Origin: Candidatus Kuenenia stuttgartensis
GTDB taxonomy: Bacteria; Planctomycetota; Brocadiia; Brocadiales; Brocadiaceae
DNA length: 32,000 nucleotides
Direction: 5' to 3'
Assembly: GCF_900232105.1 (NCBI RefSeq)
Contig: NZ_LT934425.1
Coordinates: 1,410,001-1,442,000, forward strand
Within the stretch, counting starts at the first letter, position 1, and every line of letters starts with the position of its first letter. The position numbers were made by a program, and so were the translations under genes. Under the pieces are notes generated by a model. It had not been told where the DNA came from. It made no database searches and was given only the letters and a program-made list of their open reading frames with translations. This document shows, piece by piece, positions 1-7,040 of this stretch.

Positions 1-59
1 GGACTGGGGACTGGGAACATCTCTCGTTCCCAAGCATCTCTCGTTCCCAGTCTCTCTCG

Positions 60-263
60 TTCCCAAGCTCCGGCGTACACCCTTGTTCCCAAGCTCCGGC
101 GCACACCCTTGTTCCCAAGCTCCGGCGCACACCCTTGTTCCCAAGCTCCGGCGCACACCCTCGTTCCCAAGCTCCGGCGCACACCCTCGTTCCCAAGCTC
201 CGGCGTACACCCTTGTTCCCAAGCTCCGGCGTACACCCTTGTTCCCAAGCTCCGGCTTGGGAA
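60..263. repeat. Tandem array of 26-bp unit TTCCCAAGCTCCGGCGYACACCCTYG, 8 unit starts (60, 86, 112, 138, 164, 190, 216, 242), last unit completing a palindrome TTCCCAAGCTCCGGCTTGGGAA
   Basis: Direct reading of the repeat; 26-bp spacing constant; terminal 8-bp inverted arms with 6-nt centre. Confidence 0.95.
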
Positions 264-293
264 TACGCTTATACCAGAAGCTCCAGCTTCTTT

Positions 294-827
294 TCATAAT
301 TCAATTTGATCTATCTCGATACATCCTTTGCCATAAAGGTAATTCCCTGCGCTCGAATAAACCCAATGTCCGGCATCTTCTACCAGCCCCCTTCTTACAG
401 GATTGCAATGTATATATGCAACCTTTTGTCTAAACACATCCTCCTGCGCAACCACCTGCGGGTGGAATCCTTCCTGCCATACCTGATATTCGCTGGTAGC
501 CTTGTGTCCTTTTTTATAAAATTCAAACTGTTTCAGAAGCCGCTTCCTCTGATTCTCTTTTGCTATCCGTATAATTTCCCGCGCAGTATAGCTCTTAAAA
601 TCTCTTATTATTCCAGACACCGCCTCTGACGAAACAAGAAGGTGTATATGGGTATCCATTACAACATAAGCAAACAATCGCAGCCCTTTTTTCTGTCTGC
701 AATAAGTTAACGAATTGACTATGATGTCGCAAAATATCTTTTCTGTAAATACCGGTAGCCACCCGACAATTGTAGAGGTTATAAAATACAGGTTGCTGTT
801 TTTTACTATTTTGTAACGTGATCTCAT
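294..827 (-). mobile_element. REP-associated tyrosine transposase (RAYT), IS200/Y1_Tnp superfamily, copy 1
   Basis: 177 aa; HUH motif in 'VVMDTHIHLLV', 'YIHCNPVRRGLV' C-terminal motif typical of RAYTs; flanked by inverted REP palindromes. Confidence 0.88.
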
Positions 828-865
828 GATTTTCCGCGCAAAGCATCGCTTTTACCGCATGTACG

Positions 866-921
866 TTCCCAAGCCGGAGCTTGGGAACGAGGGTGTGCAC
901 CGGAACTTGGGAACGAGGGTG
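866..921. repeat. REP palindrome TTCCCAAGCCGGAGCTTGGGAA followed by two 26-bp units in the opposite orientation to the left array
   Basis: Reverse complement of the 242-263 palindrome; CCGGAGCTTGGGAACGAGGGTGTGCA then CCGGAACTTGGGAACGAGGGTG. Confidence 0.9.
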
Positions 922-1068
922 AAACAGTCCTCAATCGGCAATCGGCAGTCAGAAGTCAGAGGTCTGAAGTCGGCAGTCGGCAGTCGGCAAATTACAGATT
1001 GAGGATTGCAGACTGGGGACTGGGAACACCTCTCGTTCCCAGGCATCTCTAGTTCCCAGTCTCTCTCG

Positions 1069-1168
1069 TTCCCAAGCTCCGGCGCACACCCTCGTTCCCA
1101 AGCTCCGGCGTACACCCTTGTTCCCAAGCTCCGGCGTACACCCTTGTTCCCAAGCTCCGGCTTGGGAA
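1069..1168. repeat. 26-bp unit array, 4 units (starts 1069, 1095, 1121, 1147), ending in palindrome
   Basis: Same unit as 60-263; copy number 4 rather than 8. Confidence 0.93.
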
Positions 1169-1198
1169 TACGCTTATGCCAGAAGCTCCAGCTTCTTT

Positions 1199-1732
1199 TC
1201 ATAATTCAATTTGATCTATCTCGATACATCCTTTGCCATAAAGGTAATTCCCTGCGCTCGAATAAACCCAATGTCCGGCATCTTCTACCAGCCCCCTTCT
1301 TACAGGATTGCAATGTATATATGCAACCTTTTGTCTAAGCACATCCTCCTGCGCAACCATCTGCGGGTGGAATCCTTCCTGCCATACCTGATATTCGCTG
1401 GTCGCCTTGTGTCCTTTTTTGTAAAATTCAAACTGTTTCAGAAGCCGCTTCCTCTGATTCTCTTTTGCTATCCGTATAATTTCCCGCGCAGTATAGCTCT
1501 TAAAATCTCTTATTATTTCAGACGCCGCCTCTGACGAAACAAGGAGGTGTATATGGGTATCCATTACAACATAAGCAAACAATCGCAGCCCTTTTTTCTG
1601 TCTGCAATAAGTTAACGAATTGACTATGATGTCGCAAAATATCTTTTCTGTAAATACCGGTAGCCACCCGACAATTGTAGAGGTTATAAAATACAGGTTG
1701 CTGTTTTTTACTATTTTGTAACGTGACCTCAT
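1199..1732 (-). mobile_element. RAYT / Y1 transposase, copy 2
   Basis: 177 aa, differs from copy 1 at only a few residues (e.g. SSEAVSG vs SSEAASE); same HIHLL and YIHCNPV motifs. Confidence 0.88.
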
Positions 1733-1770
1733 GATTTTCCACGCAAAGCATCGCTTTTACCGCATGTACG

Positions 1771-1826
1771 TTCCCAAGCCGGAGCTTGGGAACGAGGGTG
1801 TGCACCGGGGCTTGGGAACGAGGGTG
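1771..1826. repeat. REP palindrome plus two inverted 26-bp units flanking RAYT copy 2
   Basis: Offset 905 bp from 866-921. Confidence 0.9.
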
Positions 1827-1987
1827 AAACAGTCTTCAATCGGCAATCGGCAATCGGCAATCGGCAGTCAGAAGTCAGAGGTCTGAAGTCGGCAGTCGGC
1901 AGTCGGCAAATTACAGATTGAGGATTGCAGACTGGGGACTGGGAACACCTCTCGTTCCCAGGCATCTCTAGTTCCCAGTCTCTCTCG

Positions 1988-2095
1988 TTCCCAAGCTCCG
2001 GCGCACACCCTTGTTCCCAAGCTCCGGCTTGGGAATACGCTTATACCAGAAGCTCCAGCTTCTTTTCATAATTCAATTTGATCTATCTCGATACA
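1988..2095. pseudogene. Truncated third module: 26-bp array (2 units, 1988 and 2014) plus only the 3' end of the RAYT gene
   Basis: Sequence encodes only '...IEIDQIEL' on the minus strand, matching the RAYT C-terminus, then diverges. Confidence 0.8.
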
Positions 2096-2258
2096 CCCTC
2101 TTGACGTATGCATGAGTGTCAAATACGTGTAGATGCGGCATAATGGGCTACCTGCTAAAAATGTTAAAATACGAAATACGACGCTCGAAATCCGAAACAA
2201 GTTCCGAAATACAAAAATACAATGACAAAAACATTGTTTGCTGCACGATGTAGTCATG

Positions 2259-2285
2259 TAGTGCGACGAGGTTCGTCGCACTACA
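2259..2285. repeat. Perfect hairpin GTAGTGCGACGA-GGT-TCGTCGCACTAC
   Basis: 12-bp perfect arms with 3-nt loop in an intergenic AT-rich repeat. Confidence 0.85.
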
Positions 2286-2497
2286 AATGATAATTTCCCG
2301 TTTCAAAAGACTAAAGTACTACGGTTTTTTTCATTGGGATTTTGTATTTTTGAATTTGTTTCGTATTTCGTACTTCGAATTTCGTATTTTTTATTTCCTG
2401 CTTGTTTGGTTCTGTCTACGCCAGCTCATGGCTCATGGTTCGTGGCTCATGGTTCAAATCGTACTTCGTACATCTTCTGTCAAGGTTCATTTATGTT

Positions 2498-3016
2498 TTA
2501 CAGCAGGTTGAATTTCTTCAGGATGCCGGCGACTTTTTCATCGGTCTTGCTGAGGGTTCTGAATGCATCTATGAGGGTATGCAGTTTGTTACGGTTTGTT
2601 GCTATGTCGTCCTCTATCTTCTTAACCTTGTCTTCAAAGGGACGTATCATGGTGCGCCTGTCCCACAGGGCAAACCATATTGTGCCGCCACACAACGTCG
2701 CAAATGCGCCAAAGATGCCCAGCATTATATGGACCAACCGGTCAAATTGTTTATCTATGCGGTCAAATTGTTTATCTATACGGCCAAACTGGATATTTAT
2801 GTCTTCCCGGAGTTGTTTTACTTCTCCGCGAAAAGCAGACTGCCCTTCTTCAAGCCGTGTAAGCCTTTCCACTATCTCCCGGTCGCTGATGTGGGGTGCT
2901 GCCTCTATGGCAAATGTTTGGCTATTACAGGCAATAAGAGCGGACGCTATGAATAGAATAATAATGGATAAATTCTTCATAAACAGCAGCTTAAATTTGA
3001 CATGCGGTTTTGTCAA
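2498..3016 (-). CDS. Small signal-peptide/coiled-coil/TM protein, paralogue A (3 heptads); internal Met at 2980 is an alternative start
   Basis: MKNLSIIILFIASALIAC hydrophobic leader with lipobox-like LIAC, xxxQF(D/G)R heptads, TM segment LVHIMLGIFGAFATLCGGTIWFALW; four near-identical tandem paralogues. Confidence 0.78.
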   Translation of the reverse strand: MTKPHVKFKLLFMKNLSIIILFIASALIACNSQTFAIEAAPHISDREIVERLTRLEEGQSAFRGEVKQLREDINIQFGRIDKQFDRIDKQFDRLVHIMLGIFGAFATLCGGTIWFALWDRRTMIRPFEDKVKKIEDDIATNRNKLHTLIDAFRTLSKTDEKVAGILKKFNLL

Positions 3017-3217
3017 GGAAATTAGTCATTGGTCAGAAGTCGGAAGTCGGCAAATTGCAGATTGCCGATTGAGGACTGCGGACCGATTTTATAATCTGTT
3101 CCTGCCCCATAAAATCCTTTTTTTATTTCATCTGTGAAATCTGTGGTTTCCGTTTTTCAATCTGTGGAATCTGTTAAATCTGTGGTTTCTCTTTTGAAAG
3201 TCGGGAACCGGTAGTTT

Positions 3218-3757
3218 TTACAGCAGGTTGAATTTCTTCAGGATGCCGGCGACTTTTTCATCGGTCTTGCTGAGGGTTCTGAATGCATCTATGAGGGTGT
3301 GCAGCTTGTTGCGGTTTGCCGCGATGTCGTCCTCTATCTTCTTAACCTTGTCTTCAAAGGGGCGTATCATGGTGCGCCTGTCCCACAGGGCAAACCATAT
3401 CGTGCCGCCACACAACGCCGCAAATGCGCCAAAGATGCCAAGCATTATATGGACCAACCGGTCAAATTGTTTATCTATGCGGTCAAATTGAGCATCTATC
3501 CTGCCAAACTGGGTATCTACACGGTCAAACTGTTTATTCATGTTCTCGCGGAGTTGTTTTACTTCTTCGCGAAAAGCAGACTGCCCTTCTTCAAGCCGTG
3601 TTAGCCTTTCCACGATTTCCCGGTCGCTGATGTGGGGTGCGGCTTCTATTGCAAATGCCTGGCTATTACAGGCAATAAGAGCGGACGCTATGAATAGCAT
3701 AATAATGGGCAAATTCTTCATAAACAGCAGCTTAAATTTGACATGCGGTTTTGTCAA
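3218..3757 (-). CDS. Same family, paralogue B (4 heptads)
   Basis: 179 aa; MNKQFDRVDTQFGRIDAQFDRIDKQFDR. Confidence 0.78.
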   Translation of the reverse strand: MTKPHVKFKLLFMKNLPIIMLFIASALIACNSQAFAIEAAPHISDREIVERLTRLEEGQSAFREEVKQLRENMNKQFDRVDTQFGRIDAQFDRIDKQFDRLVHIMLGIFGAFAALCGGTIWFALWDRRTMIRPFEDKVKKIEDDIAANRNKLHTLIDAFRTLSKTDEKVAGILKKFNLL

Positions 3758-3773
3758 GGAAATTAGTCATTGG

Positions 3774-3836
3774 TCAGAAATCAGAAGTCAGAAGTCAGAA
3801 GTCAGAAGTCAGAAGTCGGAAGTCGGAAGTCGGAAG
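3774..3836. repeat. 7-bp tandem repeat (TCAGAAR/TCGGAAG), 9 units
   Basis: Directly read; homologous intergenic positions 3033-3046 and 4567-4594 have 2 and 4 units. Confidence 0.9.
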
Positions 3837-3968
3837 TCGGCAAATTGCAGATTGCCGATTGAGGACTGCGGACTGATTTTATAATCTGTGCCTGCCCCAT
3901 AAAATCCTTTTTTTATTTCATCTGTGAAATCTGTGGTTTCTCTTTTGAAAGTCGGGAACCGGTAGTTT

Positions 3969-4550
3969 TTACAGCAGGTTGAATTTCTTCAGGATGCCGG
4001 CGACTTTTTCATCGGTCTTGCTGAGGGTTCTGAATGCATCTATGAGGGTATGCAGCTTGTTGCGGTTTGCCGCGATGTCGTCCTCTATCTTCTTAACCTT
4101 GTCTTCAAAGGGGCGTATCATGGTGCGCCTGTCCCACAGGGCAAACCATATTGTGCCGCCGCACAACGCCGCAAATGCGCCAAAGATGCCAAGCATTATA
4201 TGGACCAGCCGGTCAAATTGTTTGTCTATTCTGTCAAACTGAGCATCTATCCTGCCAAACTGGGTATCCATCCTGCCAAACTGAGTATCTACCCGATCAA
4301 ACTGTTTATTCATGTCCTCACGGAGTTGTCTTATTACATCCGCATTTGCCCTGATTTCTGCCCGTAGTGCGTTTTGCCCTTCTTCGAGCCGTGTAAGCCT
4401 TTCCACAATTTCCCGGTCGCTGATGTGCGGTGCGGCATCTATGGCAAATGTTTGGCTATTACAGGCAATAAGAGCGGACGCTATTAATAGAATAATAATG
4501 GATAAATTCTTCATAAGCAGCAGCTTAAATTTGACATGCAGTTTTGTCAA
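3969..4550 (-). CDS. Same family, paralogue C (5 heptads plus extra 7-aa segment)
   Basis: 193 aa; MNKQFDRVDTQFGRMDTQFGRIDAQFDRIDKQFDR. Confidence 0.78.
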   Translation of the reverse strand: MTKLHVKFKLLLMKNLSIIILLIASALIACNSQTFAIDAAPHISDREIVERLTRLEEGQNALRAEIRANADVIRQLREDMNKQFDRVDTQFGRMDTQFGRIDAQFDRIDKQFDRLVHIMLGIFGAFAALCGGTIWFALWDRRTMIRPFEDKVKKIEDDIAANRNKLHTLIDAFRTLSKTDEKVAGILKKFNLL

Positions 4551-4726
4551 GAAAATTAGTCCTTGGTCAGAAATCAGAAGTCAGAAGTCAGAAGTCGGCA
4601 AATTGCAGATTGCCGATTGAGGACTGCGGACCGATTTTATAATCTGTGCCTGCCCCATAAAATCCTTTTTTTATTTCATCTGTGAAATCTGTGGTTTCTC
4701 TTTTGAAAGTCGGGAACCGGTAGTTT

Positions 4727-5224
4727 TTACAGCAGGTTGAATTTCTTCAGGATGCCGGCGACTTTTTCATCGGTCTTGCTGAGGGTTCTGAATGCATCTA
4801 TGAAGGTATGCAGCTTGTTGCGGTTTGCCGCGATGTCGTCCTCTATCTTCTTAACCTTGTCTTCAAAGGGGCGTATCATGGTACGCCTGTCCCACAGGGC
4901 AAACCATATCGTGCCGCCACACAACGCCGCAAATGCGCCAAAGATACCCAGCATTATATGGACCAGCCGGTCAAATTGTTTGTCTATACGGTCAAACTGT
5001 TTATTCATGTCTTCCCGGAGTTGTTTTACTTCTTCGCGAAAAGCAGACTGCCCTTCTTCGAGCCGTGTAAGCCTTTCCACGATTTCCCGGTCGCTGATGT
5101 GCGGCGCGGTCTCTATGGCAAATGTTTGGCTATTACAGACAATAAGAGCGGACGCTATGAATAGAATAATAATGGATAAATTCTTCATAAACAGCAGCTT
5201 AAATTTGACCTGCAGTTTTGTCAA
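4727..5224 (-). CDS. Same family, paralogue D (2 heptads)
   Basis: 165 aa; MNKQFDRIDKQFDR. Confidence 0.78.
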   Translation of the reverse strand: MTKLQVKFKLLFMKNLSIIILFIASALIVCNSQTFAIETAPHISDREIVERLTRLEEGQSAFREEVKQLREDMNKQFDRIDKQFDRLVHIMLGIFGAFAALCGGTIWFALWDRRTMIRPFEDKVKKIEDDIAANRNKLHTFIDAFRTLSKTDEKVAGILKKFNLL

Positions 5225-5350
5225 GAAAATTAGTCATTAGTCATGCATAGCAAGATTTGCCTGTGATAATGACGGGCCAGCGAAGGACGAGGGACGAAGG
5301 AAGAGGGATATCTTTCGTCTGTAGCATCCTGGCTATACCAGCTTAGGATT

Positions 5351-5689
5351 TCACAACACAATGTATAGGATGATATTTGTCATTAGGTATGCGGGTATGA
5401 GCAGCCATACGAATATAATAACGAATGTGGTATCTGTACAAAACAAACCATAGCGCACATCCAGAGCAAAGAGGATAAGGCAGACCGTGGGGAAGAGTAG
5501 GAAGGGTGTTATTATTATGTAAAAAAGTATGGGGTGAGAATGATAAAGCAATATTTGAGAAAGATACGTATTGCATGCGTAAAACAGGAGTAACGCAAAA
5601 GAAAATATCTTCGTTTTCGCAAAAAAATAGCTCGCTGCCGCTATGATGAATAAAAAACACGCTATTATGAATAACCCGCTTATTGGCAC
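5351..5689 (-). CDS. Possible small hydrophobic membrane protein (GTG start)
   Basis: 112 aa, several hydrophobic stretches; no recognised family; weak ribosome-binding site. Confidence 0.3.
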   Translation of the reverse strand: MPISGLFIIACFLFIIAAASYFFAKTKIFSFALLLFYACNTYLSQILLYHSHPILFYIIITPFLLFPTVCLILFALDVRYGLFCTDTTFVIIFVWLLIPAYLMTNIILYIVL

Positions 5690-5982
5690 TCGTATTTCTC
5701 TTTGTATGTTTATGAAGCAATCTACAATCTACAGCCGGCAAATTGCAGATTGGGGACTGGAGACTGGAGACTGGAGATCAGTAATTTCTTTGTATTTTTT
5801 GGCAAAATATTTAATGCTGAAATCCGAAATCCTCAATACTCACGCAAAATTACGAAAGGGGGAACCCCGGATTATATAGATTTTTCAGGCAGGATGGAGA
5901 GCCGGTTTCTTCCCCTCATATTGCAGCCGCTAAGCGGTCTCGCCGTAAGCAACGCCGAAATTTTCCTACTGTCATACTGCAA

Positions 5983-6261
5983 TTATTGATGAGCTGTTAT
6001 GGCTATGATGGTAATCTGTTTTTTGTCAGGGCCATAGCACCAAAATATTCTATATGCTGCCGGTGTGGATTGTTCAGCATAAGCCTCAAAAACCTTTTCT
6101 CCTTTCGGCCCTTTCAATGTGGTAAACTCATGGGTTTGCAAGCCCGGATGCCTTGGATTTTGAGACAGAAACTGAATGGCCTTTTTTACCGCCGTGTATC
6201 TCTTGAAAAGTCCCTTGTCGGTTTTGAGTTTGTCGAGGTCGGTTAAGAATATTTCAAACAA
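5983..6261 (-). CDS. RelE/ParE-superfamily-like toxin
   Basis: 92 aa; 'YAEQSTPAAYRIFWCYGPDKKQITIIAITAHQ' resembles the RelE core and C-terminus; lies just downstream of a small antitoxin-like ORF. Confidence 0.6.
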   Translation of the reverse strand: MFEIFLTDLDKLKTDKGLFKRYTAVKKAIQFLSQNPRHPGLQTHEFTTLKGPKGEKVFEAYAEQSTPAAYRIFWCYGPDKKQITIIAITAHQ

Positions 6262-6270
6262 GGGATTTTA

Positions 6271-6570
6271 TTATAGGTCGTCAAGATTGAGTTTTGAGAT
6301 TTTTCCTTCCGATGCCTCTTTTAAACCTTTTTGGACGTCTTCAAAGGCTTCGCTATTTTGATAGAGCCATACCTCTGATGATGGAATATTCTTTAACACT
6401 TCTCCCAGCCTACGAAGCTCTTCAATGTCAATTATTGCAGCCACCTTGTGACCCTCACTATCGATGATGTATTGCCTGACTTTGATAAGACCGGTTTCCT
6501 GCTTTATGGTTGTAGTAATAATACATTCTCCTGACAAAAACGCATATAAACACAGGGGTTGGAGGGGCAC
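6271..6570 (-). CDS. Phd/prevent-host-death-like antitoxin (true start uncertain, probably near 6480-6520)
   Basis: 'VRQYIIDSEGHKVAAIIDIEELRRLGEVLKN...' resembles Phd/YefM-type antitoxins; stop is 9 bp upstream of the toxin start. Confidence 0.55.
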   Translation of the reverse strand: MPLQPLCLYAFLSGECIITTTIKQETGLIKVRQYIIDSEGHKVAAIIDIEELRRLGEVLKNIPSSEVWLYQNSEAFEDVQKGLKEASEGKISKLNLDDL

Positions 6571-6654
6571 GCAGTTCCCTCAGAAGTCGGCAATCGGCAA
6601 ATTGCAGATTGAGGATTGTGGTCTGTGGACTGGAAACCGGGGATTTGAAAATGG

Positions 6655-6728
6655 TGGGCGATATAGGACTCGAACCTATAACCCCTTGCTTGTAAGGCAA
6701 GTGCTCTAGCCGATTGAGCTAATCGCCC
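6655..6728 (-). tRNA. tRNA-Val (anticodon UAC); encoded CCA extends to 6652
   Basis: Minus strand: GGGCGAT TA GCTC AATCGGCTA GAGC A CTTGC CTTACAA GCAAG GGGTT ATAGG TTCGAGT CCTAT ATCGCCC A CCA; all four stems pair. Confidence 0.97.
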
Positions 6729-7040
6729 CCGTAGTACCTTATCGGTAATTTCTTTGTATTTTTTGGCAAGACATTTAATAGTGAAACCCGATGATTGTGA
6801 AATCCGAAACAAATTCTAATGACAAAATGATTTGAAATTCTAAACAAATGCATCTTTTGTATCTCGCATTTCGTGCTTCATAATTGTTGTATGTTTTGAA
6901 TTTTATGTTTTGTTATTCGGATTTGTTTCGTATTTCGTGTTTCGGATTTCGTATTTTTTATATCTTGCTTGTTTGGTTCCGGCTATTCCAGCTTTGGTTT
7001 TCTATATATATCATTTCATATTTTATGAGTCAACACAATT

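Larger units (their letters stand above)
1..2095. repeat. Three direct copies (last one truncated) of a ~0.9 kb module: 'ggactgggaac' segment, 26-bp tandem array, RAYT gene, inverted 26-bp units, 7-bp-period repeat
   Basis: Transposase ORFs at 294-827 and 1199-1732 are offset by exactly 905 bp. Flanking REP palindromes 242-263/866-887 and 1147-1168/1771-1792 have the same offset. A third copy restarts at about 1930 and stops matching after 'ttcaatttgatctatctcgataca' (about 2095). Confidence 0.9.

Noticed and set aside
60-263. Possible CRISPR array
   Set aside because: Units are contiguous 26-bp tandem repeats with no unique spacers and no cas genes nearby; better explained as REP-derived minisatellite.
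83-433. Plus-strand 116-aa ORF 'MFPSSGAHPCSQAPAH...' (and 109-309, 1006-1338)
   Set aside because: Translation of the 26-bp repeat array and the antisense of the transposase gene; no independent coding support.
2334-3137. Plus-strand 267-aa ORF and its counterparts 3228-3491, 3979-4242, 4737-5240
   Set aside because: Antisense of the minus-strand paralogue array; its similarity among copies is explained by the tandem duplication, and the minus frame has signal peptide, heptads and TM.
5343-5741. 132-aa minus-strand ORF 'MPAVDCRLLHKHTKRN...'
   Set aside because: Overlaps the more protein-like 5351-5689 frame and its N-terminus is translated 7-bp-family repeat.
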